Assembly: GCA_012728915.1 (NCBI GenBank)
Contig: JAAYEC010000015.1
Span: 23,082 to 87,081 of the forward strand
From: Deltaproteobacteria bacterium
GTDB taxonomy: Bacteria; Desulfobacterota; Syntrophia; Syntrophales; UBA2192
Direction of reading: 5' to 3'
Length of the DNA stretch: 64,000 nt
Part shown: positions 20,620 through 29,998 of the stretch, one piece after another
Layout: each line of letters starts with the position of its first letter
How positions within the stretch are numbered: position 1 is the first letter of the stretch
Translations under genes and position numbers: made by a program
Notes under the pieces: generated by a model
The model's database searches: none
Told to the model about the DNA's origin: nothing
What the model saw: the letters and a program-made list of their open reading frames with translations, nothing else

Positions 20620-22749
20620 ATGCCGAAGCTCATTCTACCCCGCAGGATCCGAAAGCGCGACGGCTCCGTCGTCCCGTTCGAAAAGGAGAAGATCCGCTAT
20701 GCCGTCGAGCGGGCCGCCTTCGAGGTCCTCCAGGACCGCCTGCGGTCGATCACCGTCTCCGATGTCGTGACCGAGGCCGTCGTGGCGGACGCGGCGCGCC
20801 TGTACGCGAAGACCGTCCCCGGCGTCGAGGCGATCCAGGATCTCGTCGAGCAGGGACTGATGAAGGCGGGCTATGGCGCCATCGCCAGGGCCTACATCCT
20901 CTACCGGGAGCGCCGCGCCGAGATGCGGCAGGCCAAGGCCGCCCTGGGGCTCCGGGACGACCTCAAATTCCCCATCAACGCCATGGAGGTCCTCAAGAAG
21001 CGCTACCTCGTCAAGGATGACGAGCGGAACATCGTGGAGACGCCGGGTGAGCTCTTCCGCCGGGTGGCGCGGCACGTGGCGAAAGCGGAGAAGGGTTTCA
21101 AGTCGGCCGTCTCGCCCGCCGAAGCCGAGGAGGCCTTCTTCGACAGGATGCGGGATCTCTCGTTCCTGCCGAACTCGCCCACGCTGATGAACGCGGGCAC
21201 GGCCCTGGGCCAGCTCTCGGCCTGCTTCGTCCTCCCCGTGAGCGACTCCATCGACGGGATCTTCGGCGCGCTTCACCACATGGCGAGGATCCACCAGTCC
21301 GGCGGCGGGACGGGATTCAGCTTCTCGCACCTGCGGCCCAAGGGCGACCTGGTGAAGACGACCAAGGGCGAGGCCTCGGGCCCCGTCTCGTTCATGGGCA
21401 TCTTCGACGCCGCCACGGGCGTGATCGTCCAGGGCGGAAGGCGCCGCGGGGCCAACATGGGAATCCTGCGCTGCGATCACCCGGACATCATGGAGTTCAT
21501 CGAGGCCAAGATCGACCGGGGGCGCTTCGCCAACTTCAACCTCTCCGTGGGCGTCACCGACCGCTTCATGGAGGCCGTGCGCCGCAACCGCGGCTTCGAT
21601 CTGCTGAATCCCGGCACGGGAAAGCGAGTCCGCACGGTGAGGGCCCGCACGATCTTCGATCTCATCGTCTACGGGGCCTGGCGCACGGGCGATCCAGGCC
21701 TGCTGTTCCTGGACACGATCAACCGCCAGAACCCGACGCCGGCCGTCGGGCGGCTCGAGGCGACTAACCCCTGCGGGGAGCTGCCGCTGCTGCCCTACGA
21801 GAGCTGCAATTTGGGCTCCCTGAACCTGGCCCGGATGGTGAAGGACGGCAGACCCGACTGGGAGCGGATGGCCGAGACGATCCGGTGGGGGGTGCGCTTT
21901 CTCGACAACGTCATCGAGGTAAACCATTTCCCCCTGGAACAGATCGGCGCGATCACCCGGGCGAACCGCAAAATCGGGCTGGGCGTCATGGGGTTCGCCG
22001 ACATGCTCATTCGCCTGGGGATCCCGTACGGGTCAGCCGAGGCCGAACGTTTTGCCCGCAGGCTCATGGCCTTCGTCCGGCGCGAGTCCCTGAAAGCCTC
22101 GGCGCAGCTGGCGGCCGAGCGGGGCGTCTTCCCGAATTACGCCAAATCGATCTATGCCCGAAGGAACCTCCCTCTCCGCAATGCCACGGTGAACACCGTG
22201 GCCCCCACGGGGACGATCAGCATCATCGCCGGCTGCTCGAGCGGCATCGAGCCCCTTTTCGCCATCAGCTACGTGCGCAATGTCCTGTCGGGCACGAGGC
22301 TCTTCGAGATCAACCCGATCTTCGAGAAGGTCGCCCGGGCCCGGGGAATCTACAGGCGGGAGATCCTCGCCGAGATCGCCCGCTGGGGCTCCCTGCGCAG
22401 GGTCCGGGGCATCCCGCGGGACATCAAGCGTGTCTTCGTCACGGCCTTCGACGTGGAGCCCGATCAGCACCTGCGGGTCCAGGCCGCCTTCCAGGAGAAC
22501 TGCGACAACTCGGTCTCCAAGACGATCAACCTGCCCGCGGAGTCCACGATCGACGACGTGCGCAACGTATACCTCGCGGCGCACCGGCTCCGGTGCAAGG
22601 GGATCACCATCTACCGGTACGGCAGCCGGGCCGAACAGGTTCTCTCCTTCCGCGGCGCCGACGGGGGCCCCGTGATCCTCGAGGAGGACCTCGTGGCGGC
22701 CGATTCGGAATTCGCCGGCGGCTGCATGACGGGGACGTGCGCGTTTTAG
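20620..22749 (+). CDS. nrdJ: Adenosylcobalamin-dependent (class II) ribonucleotide reductase with an ATP-cone
   Basis: An N-terminal ATP-cone (RKRDGSVVPFEKEKIRYAVERA) is present. Other motifs are LPNSPTLMNAG, ATNPCGELPL and a C-terminal Cys pair (GGCMTGTCAF). Confidence 0.9.
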   Translation: MPKLILPRRIRKRDGSVVPFEKEKIRYAVERAAFEVLQDRLRSITVSDVVTEAVVADAARLYAKTVPGVEAIQDLVEQGLMKAGYGAIARAYILYRERRAEMRQAKAALGLRDDLKFPINAMEVLKKRYLVKDDERNIVETPGELFRRVARHVAKAEKGFKSAVSPAEAEEAFFDRMRDLSFLPNSPTLMNAGTALGQLSACFVLPVSDSIDGIFGALHHMARIHQSGGGTGFSFSHLRPKGDLVKTTKGEASGPVSFMGIFDAATGVIVQGGRRRGANMGILRCDHPDIMEFIEAKIDRGRFANFNLSVGVTDRFMEAVRRNRGFDLLNPGTGKRVRTVRARTIFDLIVYGAWRTGDPGLLFLDTINRQNPTPAVGRLEATNPCGELPLLPYESCNLGSLNLARMVKDGRPDWERMAETIRWGVRFLDNVIEVNHFPLEQIGAITRANRKIGLGVMGFADMLIRLGIPYGSAEAERFARRLMAFVRRESLKASAQLAAERGVFPNYAKSIYARRNLPLRNATVNTVAPTGTISIIAGCSSGIEPLFAISYVRNVLSGTRLFEINPIFEKVARARGIYRREILAEIARWGSLRRVRGIPRDIKRVFVTAFDVEPDQHLRVQAAFQENCDNSVSKTINLPAESTIDDVRNVYLAAHRLRCKGITIYRYGSRAEQVLSFRGADGGPVILEEDLVAADSEFAGGCMTGTCAF

Positions 22750-22856
22750 GGCAGGCGAAAGGCGTACGGCGCAGGGCGAAGGTCAGGGCTGGAAAAACGA
22801 GAAGCCCCGTGTCGTGCAAAAAACCGTCAGGAACAAACCAAAGACAGGGGACGGCC

Positions 22857-23321
22857 GTGAAAGAGAGTCTCATCGAGGAAGCGGTAAAACGGCATCAGAA
22901 CGGGTTCAGCTGCGCCCAGGCGATTCTGGCGACCTACGGGCCGGAGCTGGGCCTGGAGAGGGAAACGGCTCTCAAGGTGGCCGGCGGGTTCGGCAGCGGA
23001 ATGGGCCGCATGGCCGGGACCTGCGGGGCCGTGACAGGGGCCTTTATGGTCATCGGCCTTCTCCACGGCATGACGAAAGCGGACGACCAGAAACAGAAGG
23101 AACTCTCCTACGAGGTGGTGCGCCGCTTCGCGGAGAGGTTCAGGCAGCGCCACGGGTCACTGGAGTGCCGGGAGCTGATGGGGGTCGACGTGAGCAAGCC
23201 CGAGGGTCTTGCCGAGGCGAGACGAAGAAACATCTTCCGGACCGCCTGCCCCGGGTACGTGCGGGACGCGGCGGAGATCCTCGAGGAGTTGATGGGCGGG
23301 TCCTTGGAGGACAGCAGGTAA
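22857..23321 (+). CDS. C_GCAxxG_C_C family protein
   Basis: NGFSCAQAIL, GTCGAVTGAFMVIG and ACPGYVRDA are present. The start is GTG with an AGGGGA RBS. Confidence 0.8.
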   Translation: MKESLIEEAVKRHQNGFSCAQAILATYGPELGLERETALKVAGGFGSGMGRMAGTCGAVTGAFMVIGLLHGMTKADDQKQKELSYEVVRRFAERFRQRHGSLECRELMGVDVSKPEGLAEARRRNIFRTACPGYVRDAAEILEELMGGSLEDSR

Positions 23322-23329
23322 GAGGGTCT

Positions 23330-23444
23330 GAAATTGAAGGAGGGCGCTCGCCCTGCCGGCCGCCTTCTCCATCCCCACGAGCTGCATCGCCCCACCCGTG
23401 AAGTAGTCGTTCTGGATGCCCACGGGCAGCAGCCCCCGTTTCAT
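23330..23444 (-). pseudogene. Possible remnant of an isochorismatase/cysteine-hydrolase family gene (N-terminal ~38 codons only)
   Basis: A GGGAGGA RBS and ATG are followed by MKRGLLPVGIQNDYFTGGAMQLVGMEKAAGRASALLQF, which resembles the family N-terminus. The frame then runs into the antisense of the neighbouring gene with no further similarity. Confidence 0.35.
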
Positions 23445-23458
23445 GAACGCTCCTCCCT

Positions 23459-24385
23459 TCAGGCCTTCGCCCCCGATGAGGCCTCTATTCTTTTCAACTC
23501 GTCAAAAAGCCTCCCGTTCACTGGGGTCGGAACGCCGAAGCGTTTCCCCAGCTCGATCACCGTTCCCGCCAGCATGTCCACTTCCGTTTTCCGGCCCGCT
23601 TCCACGTCCTGGAGCATGGAGGTCTTGCCCTCCGCGTGAAGACCCTCGAGGACCCTGTACCACTCCCCGATGTCCTTCTCGTCCAGCTCCACGTTCATGC
23701 GGTGGGCAATGGCGATGACCTCCCGCATGGCCGCGTCCATGAGCTCCCGGGCCTCAGCGGAAGAGCGCAGGGCGCCGTAATCCGCCCCCAGGACGGCCGA
23801 GACCTGGTTGACGCCCACGTTGACCATGTACTTGAACCAGAGGCTGCGGATCATGTCCGGCGGGATGACATGAGCAATCCCGGCGCGGTCGAAGAGTTCG
23901 TGGATGAGCCGGATGCGATCCGTCATCCCGGGGTTTTTCGCTTCGCCGAAAAAGATCCGCCCCTGGTTCTCGTATCGAACGCGGCTGCCTTCGCGGACGG
24001 CATCGATCCCGAGGGTGAGGCCGTAGACCACCTTGTCCATGCCGTAGACGGCGCCGATGCGCTCCTCGCTGTCGATGCCGTTCATGACGGAGAGGACCGT
24101 CGTTGCCGGGCCGACGGCGTTCTTCATCTCGACGATGGCCTGATCGAGGTGATAGTGCTTGACGGCCACGATGAGCAGGTCCGCCGGCGCGGCCTCTTCC
24201 GGGCTGACAACGGCAATCGGGTAGCGCTTGCCGTTGACGACGACGCCGTGCCGGAGCTTTTCGTGCCGGGGGCCGGCCGCGATGAAGCAGACGCAAGCCG
24301 GGTCCGCTTCGTAGAGGAGACTGCCGTAGGCCGCCCCGAGGGCGCCGGCGCCGATGATGGAGATTTTTTCAATGGATGGTTTCAT
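23459..24385 (-). CDS. panE: 2-dehydropantoate 2-reductase (ketopantoate reductase)
   Basis: The N-terminal Rossmann motif is KISIIGAGALGAAYG. The protein is ~308 aa, with an ApbA-type C-terminal region (GKTSMLQDVEAGRKTEVD). Confidence 0.85.
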   Translation of the reverse strand: MKPSIEKISIIGAGALGAAYGSLLYEADPACVCFIAAGPRHEKLRHGVVVNGKRYPIAVVSPEEAAPADLLIVAVKHYHLDQAIVEMKNAVGPATTVLSVMNGIDSEERIGAVYGMDKVVYGLTLGIDAVREGSRVRYENQGRIFFGEAKNPGMTDRIRLIHELFDRAGIAHVIPPDMIRSLWFKYMVNVGVNQVSAVLGADYGALRSSAEARELMDAAMREVIAIAHRMNVELDEKDIGEWYRVLEGLHAEGKTSMLQDVEAGRKTEVDMLAGTVIELGKRFGVPTPVNGRLFDELKRIEASSGAKA

Positions 24386-24438
24386 GGGTTCTCGCTCTAA
24401 AAATTCTTCATTCTGCCCCCGGGTGAAGGGGGTTCCGT

Positions 24439-24972
24439 TTACTTGCGGGCCTTCTTTGCCCCGGACTTTGCCTTGCGTTTCGAGGCAACTGTTTCCAGTT
24501 CGCTCTCGAGGCGGATCACCTTCCTGAGCTCGGCGAACAGGATCTTGTTCTTGGGCCGATCGGCGATGTCGTGGATGTCGATGTAGCGGATGATCCCGTA
24601 CTTGTCGAGCACGAAGATCGCCCGCTCCGAGAATCCTTCCTTGCGCTTCACGCCGTACTTCTTCGCGACGGCCGCCTGCGGAGAAAAATCGCTCAGCAGC
24701 GGGAAGGAGATCCCGCCCAGACTTTCCGCCCATGCCTTCAGGCAGGGGATATGATCGACGCTGATGCCCAGGACCTGGGCATTGAGCCCCGCGAACTTGG
24801 CCGTCTCGGCCTCGTACGAGGGCAGCTGGTTCGTTCAGACCGGCGTCCAGGCAAGGGGGAAGAACGCGATGACAACGGGACCCCGGCCGAGGCATTTTTT
24901 GAGAGTCACTCTTCTGTCGAGGTGACTCGGCAGGGTGAAGTTGGGGGCTTTCTGCCCGACCTTCAGCTTCAT
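24439..24972 (-). CDS. Peroxiredoxin (AhpC/TSA family) with an in-frame TGA (24835-24837, complement) at the peroxidatic Cys position; candidate selenoprotein
   Basis: MKLKVGQKAPNFTLP...VVIAFFPLAWTPV-[TGA]-TNQLPSYEAETAKFAGLNAQVLGISVDH...ERAIFVLDKYGIIRY. The two track ORFs 24835..25176 and 24439..24651 are in the same frame. Confidence 0.7.
24799..24823 (-). promoter_or_regulatory. Hairpin-capable sequence downstream of the peroxiredoxin UGA (candidate SECIS)
   Basis: On the mRNA strand two overlapping hairpins are possible. GCCCU-CGUACG-AGGC begins 12 nt after the UGA, and GGCCG-AGA-CGGCC begins 24 nt after it. Confidence 0.3.
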
Positions 24973-25105
24973 GCAACGACTCCTTTCGACATGGGGTTGC
25001 GCGGCGCGAACGGGCGTGCCCCGGTGCGCGAACGTCGAGCGGCATTCTAGCATGGTTTTCGGGCAGGCGGAATGGGGGTTCTGGTTCCGATCCGGATGAA
25101 TCTCC

Positions 25106-26170
25106 CTATGTGTTCCGGACCCGGCGATACACCCAGCAGTTGGCAAAGAAAAACCAGGCCAGCGGCCCCCCCTCATTCAGGAGACGCCTCGCGAGGCGCT
25201 TGATGCGGCGGCCCTGGCGGCCCAGCTTCACGTCGGAGAGATAGACGGCGAGCACCCCTCTGAGGAGCATTCCCTGGAACCCCGGCTCCGGGAGCCGGCG
25301 AAGCGCCCGGTTCGAGACCCGAAAGAAGTGGATGAACCGTTCGGCCATCTCGTCTTCATCGCGGTAATAATCGCAGAAGTTCAGCTCCCCGGCCAGGTGA
25401 TCCTCCTCGCGGTCCACGCAGTAGTCGAGCAGGATGTGGAGCCCCTGGACCCAGGGGAAATAGGTCTCCTTGATCCTGCGCAGGACGTCGTCGGGGAGAT
25501 CGTCCGCCCAGTTCTGCGAGACGAGCGAGAAGATCCCCAGCGTGGAGCCGGAGGCGGCGCAGAATTCCTGCCACCGGACTCCCGGGAACGATTCCCGGTG
25601 GCCGGCAAACCACGACTCGAGGCGCGGCTGGACCTCCCCGGCCGGCACGTGCTTGTGGACCTGAAGCTCGCGGTAATAGCCGGCAAGCTCCCTGAGCATG
25701 GGGGCGATCCGGCCGTGGCCGGGATGGTCCCTCAGGACGTTCTGGCAGGTCAGGACGAGAGCCGGCAGGTAGCCGCCGTCGTCCTTTTCCCGGCGGAAGC
25801 GGTAATAGTCCCCCGGCTCGGCCCCGGGGGACAGGGCGTCGGCCAGGGCGGTGTGCAGGGTGCGGAAGTCCTCGGGGTCGCGAGAGGTGCCGCGGTCGCA
25901 GAGGTTGTCGAGGTAATCGCTGATCGTCTGGTAGGCGACGATGAAGCGCATGGTCTCGCGGGCGTGCTCCCCCGCCAGGAGCGTGTAGATCCCCCCCCCC
26001 TCGCAGTGGAACGTCTTGGCCCCGATGCTCATCAGGGCCTGCCGCCGAAGCTCGGGATCGGGGATCTTCTTCGCCTTTTCCTTCCACCCGTCAAGGAAAC
26101 GGTGCACGGCGGGAAGGACCCGCGTCATGGCAATGTGAGTCAGCGACGCAAAATTCCCGGGAACGCCCAT
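25106..26170 (-). CDS. YtpB/DUF2600 family protein (tetraprenyl-beta-curcumene synthase-like)
   Basis: The sequence reads TFHCEGGGIYTLLAGEHARETMRFIVAYQTISDYLDNLCDRGTS, which I remember as the signature region of this family. The start could be ATG 26170 or ATG 26128. Confidence 0.7.
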   Translation of the reverse strand: MGVPGNFASLTHIAMTRVLPAVHRFLDGWKEKAKKIPDPELRRQALMSIGAKTFHCEGGGIYTLLAGEHARETMRFIVAYQTISDYLDNLCDRGTSRDPEDFRTLHTALADALSPGAEPGDYYRFRREKDDGGYLPALVLTCQNVLRDHPGHGRIAPMLRELAGYYRELQVHKHVPAGEVQPRLESWFAGHRESFPGVRWQEFCAASGSTLGIFSLVSQNWADDLPDDVLRRIKETYFPWVQGLHILLDYCVDREEDHLAGELNFCDYYRDEDEMAERFIHFFRVSNRALRRLPEPGFQGMLLRGVLAVYLSDVKLGRQGRRIKRLARRLLNEGGPLAWFFFANCWVYRRVRNT

Positions 26171-26463
26171 TGGTGCCTCCGCCGGCCCTTGTAACACAGG
26201 AGGGGGGGTAACACAAGATAGCCCGGATCCCCGCCGCGGCGTGCTTTGCGTCCGCGAGACCCTTCCCGCCCGGCTCGCGAGGATCCTGATCGAAAACAAA
26301 GCCGGTTCAAAATCGCAAACGCCTGTGGTAGGCTGTCAGACCATACAGGGAGGGGTGCGACATCTTCCGCGCCCTGTTCCGAACCGATGCCCGCAGGAAC
26401 GAAAAGATGATCGGCCTCCGGGCCGGCATCGCGGGCGGCAGAACCCCTGGAGCGGTTCCCGGC

Positions 26464-26862
26464 ATGCTGACCCCCGATTTTGCCCGTTACAGCCTGGCCC
26501 TTTTTCACGAGGGCCGGCCGGTTTTCCTCTCCGAGAAGGAAGGGCTTCGGCCGCTCGTGGAATGCATCCGGGCCTGCCGGGGACGGTTCCGCGGCTGCGA
26601 GCTGCACGACCGCGCCATCGGCCTGGCGGCGGCAAAGCTCGTCGTCGCCTCGGAAGGGCTGGTCACCCGGATCGTCACCCGCAGGGCCTCCGCCCGGGCC
26701 GTCGCGCTTCTCGCGAAGCACGCCGTCCCGCTCACCGCGGGCGAGGTCGTGCCGGTCCTCCTGAACCGCGACAGGACGGGTCCCTGCCTCATGGAGCAGA
26801 AGGCCTCGGCCACGGAAGACCCCCGGGAGTTTCTCCGGGAGATCTTCGCGTTTTTCTCGTGA
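26464..26862 (+). CDS. DUF1893-like protein (TM1506 family)
   Basis: The pattern is LALFHEGRPVFLSEKEGLRPL...DRAIGLAAAKL...SARAVALL...NRDRTGPCLME. The start is uncertain (26407 or 26464). Confidence 0.55.
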   Translation: MLTPDFARYSLALFHEGRPVFLSEKEGLRPLVECIRACRGRFRGCELHDRAIGLAAAKLVVASEGLVTRIVTRRASARAVALLAKHAVPLTAGEVVPVLLNRDRTGPCLMEQKASATEDPREFLREIFAFFS

Positions 26863-26931
26863 CCCCTGCCTCGCAGGGGTTCCCCTTCATTCTCGTCGTC
26901 CGGATTTGCGCAACGCAGAGGGCGGAGGGAC

Positions 26932-27882
26932 TCAGGGCTGCTGAGAGAAGCAGACCTGGTTCTTCCCGGAGGCCTTGGCCTTGTAGAGGTTCCGGTCGGC
27001 GCGTCGCAGGAAGTCCATCATCTCTTCGTTTCTGGCGTGCTGGGCGAGCCCGATGCTGACGGTGACCCGGATGTCCTTGTCGGGGCGTGGCTTGAAGATC
27101 TCGTTCTTCAGGGCAATCCGCACGCGCTCGGCCGTGACGATCCCCTGTTCCCCCTTCGTGGCCGGCAGGATGACGGAAAATTCCTCGCCGCCATACCGGT
27201 AGGCCGAGTCGGTCTGGCGGAGACACTCCCGGATGATCTCCGCAAACCGCGCAAGGACGCGGTCGCCCTCCAGGTGCCCGTAGGTGTCGTTGTATTTCTT
27301 GAAGTCGTCGATGTCGAGCATGAGCACGGTGAGCGGGTGATCGTAGCGGTTGGACCGCTCGATCTCGCCGTGGAGAACCGCGTAGAACTGGCGCGAGTTG
27401 AACAGTTTCGTGAGCCCGTCGGTGATGCTCAGTTCCTGGTAGCGCTGCTCGCTCTCCCGGAGCCTTTCCATGGCGTGGTTTCTCTCCCTCAGGAGCGCCC
27501 TCTCCCTCACCACGCGCTTGATCCGGAGGGACAGCTCGGGGATGGCCACGGGCTTGACCATGAAATCGCTCGCCCCCTTGGTGATGATGTCCTCGTAGGA
27601 AAAATCGTCGGTGTAGCCCGTCATGACAATGACACCGACGTCATGCTTCTGCTTGATGTGCTCCGTGAGCTCGAGGCCGTTCATCTCCGGCATCTTGATG
27701 TCCGTCAAGACGATGTCGACGGTGTTTCCGACGAGGCATTCCAGGGCCTCCCGGCCGTTGCCAGCAGTCAGGCACTCGAACCCGGTCAGGGACATCGCCT
27801 CCCGGAGCATCTCCCGAAGCTCGACGTGGTCGTCGACGATCAGGATACGGGTCTTGATCTCTTTGAGTTCGTCTTTTTCCAT
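26932..27882 (-). CDS. Response regulator receiver + GGDEF diguanylate cyclase
   Basis: The REC domain shows ILIVDDH...DIVLTDIKMPEMNG. The GGDEF domain shows LMLDIDDFKKYNDTYGHLEGD and RYGGEEF. Confidence 0.9.
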   Translation of the reverse strand: MEKDELKEIKTRILIVDDHVELREMLREAMSLTGFECLTAGNGREALECLVGNTVDIVLTDIKMPEMNGLELTEHIKQKHDVGVIVMTGYTDDFSYEDIITKGASDFMVKPVAIPELSLRIKRVVRERALLRERNHAMERLRESEQRYQELSITDGLTKLFNSRQFYAVLHGEIERSNRYDHPLTVLMLDIDDFKKYNDTYGHLEGDRVLARFAEIIRECLRQTDSAYRYGGEEFSVILPATKGEQGIVTAERVRIALKNEIFKPRPDKDIRVTVSIGLAQHARNEEMMDFLRRADRNLYKAKASGKNQVCFSQQP

Positions 27883-27998
27883 GGTTCTCGATGGGTGAGG
27901 GCTCCCCTCCCCGGACCGTATGCCTCAGAATCGTGATGCATGAACCGTACCCGAGGCGCGGCGCGGGCAGAGTCCCCCGGGGCGCTGCCCGCTTCCCC

Positions 27999-29039
27999 CT
28001 ACAGGCGGACGAGTTCGTAGCCTCTCCGGCCAAGCCCGATGGACTCGGCGTAGCCGAGGATGTGGGTCCCGTCGATCCGGGTCGCCTTCCTGAAGATGTC
28101 GACGTTGCCGTGCTGCGACTTGACGAGATCGAAGGCGGCCTGCTCGCAGGCGACCGGGTCGACAGAGGAGACAATCCCCACGTCGCGCCCGATCAGCGCG
28201 CTGTCGGCCGCGCAGTCGCAGTCCTTCGCAATGTTGTTGACGAAGGTCATGCAGACGCAGGGCTTTTTGTTCAGGGCCCCGAGGGCGTACTCGGCTGTCC
28301 GCTCCATGACGGCGTTTGCGGCAAGGGCCATCCAGGGAATCTCGACGGCGTCGAACTCGCAGGCCGAGATGCAGCTCGCGCAGCCCTCGCACGCTTGGGG
28401 GTCGATCGCCGCCTTTTGCTCCCCCAGGTGAATCGCATCGGCGGGGCAGACCTCGGCGCACTTGCCGCAGAGGGTGCAGCCTTCCCCGATGAAGGGCTTG
28501 AGAGTGGAATGCATCTGCAGCTTGCCCGCCCGGGAGCCGCATCCCATCCCGAGATTCTTGATCGCTCCCCCGAACCCGAAAAGCATGTGCCCCTTGAAAT
28601 GGGACACCGCGACGAGGGCATCGGACTCGGCAATGCGGCGCGCAATCCGAACCTTTCGAAAGATTTTTCCGTCGATCGGGACTTCCTCTTCCTCCTCGCC
28701 CCGCTCCCCGTCGGCGATCAGAACGGGAACGCCCAGTTCGCAGAATCCGTGCTCTCGGGCGATCTCGAGGTGATCGGTCGCATTGTGGCGTCTGCCCCGG
28801 TACAGGGCATTGGCGTCCGTGAGGAAGTGGTTGCCGTTGCGGACGGCAAGCCTGGAGAGGACTGGACGGAGATTCGCCGGGGAGACGAACCGCGTATTGC
28901 CCTCTTCCCCGAAGTGCACCTTTACGGCGACGCGGTCCCCTTTCGCGATCTTTCCTCCGGTCTCGGACAGGGCTCGCTCGAAGAGACAGCCGATCGCGTC
29001 CGCGCTGAATGTGTCGGAAAAATAGACCTTGACAGCCAT
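27999..29039 (-). CDS. DUF362 domain protein with an inserted 2x[4Fe-4S] ferredoxin domain (cytoplasmic)
   Basis: VAVKVHFGE, SHFKGH and GGAIKNLGMG are present, together with CTLCGKCAEVCP and CEGCASCISACE. Confidence 0.8.
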   Translation of the reverse strand: MAVKVYFSDTFSADAIGCLFERALSETGGKIAKGDRVAVKVHFGEEGNTRFVSPANLRPVLSRLAVRNGNHFLTDANALYRGRRHNATDHLEIAREHGFCELGVPVLIADGERGEEEEEVPIDGKIFRKVRIARRIAESDALVAVSHFKGHMLFGFGGAIKNLGMGCGSRAGKLQMHSTLKPFIGEGCTLCGKCAEVCPADAIHLGEQKAAIDPQACEGCASCISACEFDAVEIPWMALAANAVMERTAEYALGALNKKPCVCMTFVNNIAKDCDCAADSALIGRDVGIVSSVDPVACEQAAFDLVKSQHGNVDIFRKATRIDGTHILGYAESIGLGRRGYELVRL

Positions 29040-29206
29040 CGCTCAACCCCCTGGAGAATGACGGTAAGACCATACCGGAAAAAGGGATCCTTGCCAAGAG
29101 GGGCATCGAGGTATTTCCTTTACAAAACCGGGCCTTTTCATTATAGTAAGAAACGCGAGAGGCCCCGGTCACGTGGGCAGGGCATTTTTTTTGGAGGGGA
29201 ACGCCG

Positions 29207-29383
29207 ATGTCTCAGATGCAGCCCGAGGGCGAGGAAATCAGGAAGGCCATCAAGTGGATCTCCGCAAACATGGAAGAAGGGAAAAAGAAGAGCAAGCTCA
29301 TCGAGGAGGCGGCGATCAAATTCGATCTTTCTCCGGCTCAAACCGACTTCCTCATCAACTTTTTCTCGAAGAAACCGGCCTGA
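29207..29383 (+). CDS. Small hypothetical protein (58 aa), absent from the ORF track
   Basis: A GGAGGGGA RBS lies 7 nt before the ATG. The protein is MSQMQPEGEEIRKAIKWISANMEEGKKKSKLIEEAAIKFDLSPAQTDFLINFFSKKPA. Its codon usage matches that of neighbouring genes. Confidence 0.5.
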   Translation: MSQMQPEGEEIRKAIKWISANMEEGKKKSKLIEEAAIKFDLSPAQTDFLINFFSKKPA

Positions 29384-29465
29384 CCGATCAGGCCCGATCG
29401 GCTGAGATCTTCCGGACGGAGGGGCGCGTCCCGTCCGAACGGAAGGGCCGCCGGCATGGGATTTC

Positions 29466-29777
29466 ATGAGGATTGACGGAACAACCTGGACGGGAAGCCC
29501 GGACCGGATATTCGCGCAGCAGGGCGGCGCCACGGCGGGGGCCCTGGTCCCTGCGGGATCCGGCGAAAGCCGCCGCGGACAGTCCCCGCCGCAGCCGAAT
29601 GTGCCGCCCCATGGGTTTGCCCTCGTCCACGATCCGTCGCACGGGGTTGTCGTCATCGACCTGGTTCACGCCGCCCTTCGCGCCGCCGAGTCGCCGACCT
29701 ACCGTATTTCACGGCACGGCATCTTCGAGATCGACGCGAAACCGTACAAGGGAGGCATCGTCGACCTGAGGGTCTGA
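29466..29777 (+). CDS. Hypothetical protein (103 aa); coding status uncertain
   Basis: Third-codon GC is about 80%, like real genes here, but the RBS is weak and no recognisable family was found. Confidence 0.3.
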   Translation: MRIDGTTWTGSPDRIFAQQGGATAGALVPAGSGESRRGQSPPQPNVPPHGFALVHDPSHGVVVIDLVHAALRAAESPTYRISRHGIFEIDAKPYKGGIVDLRV

Positions 29778-29998
29778 CCCTGCCAGGGCCGGCGGGACCG
29801 GATCTTCGCCGGGTCCGGCGCGCTGCCTTCGACACAGACGGCCTGCGCAGGCTGCCTTGTCGCAGGGAATGAATCCGCAGGATGCCCCAGGATCGTTCAC
29901 GCGGCGCTTCTTTTCCCGGCCCCCGTTCCGTCCCCCGTGTTTTCGTTCGTCCGACTCCAACCGGCAACGACACAGACTCATCAGAAAGGAGCTTCCTC

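Noticed and set aside
25991-26000. The C10/G10 homopolymer, considered as a frameshift site disrupting the YtpB-like gene.
   Set aside because: The run is in frame here (GAG GGG GGG GGG ATC, giving EGGGI), and the family sequence is continuous across it.
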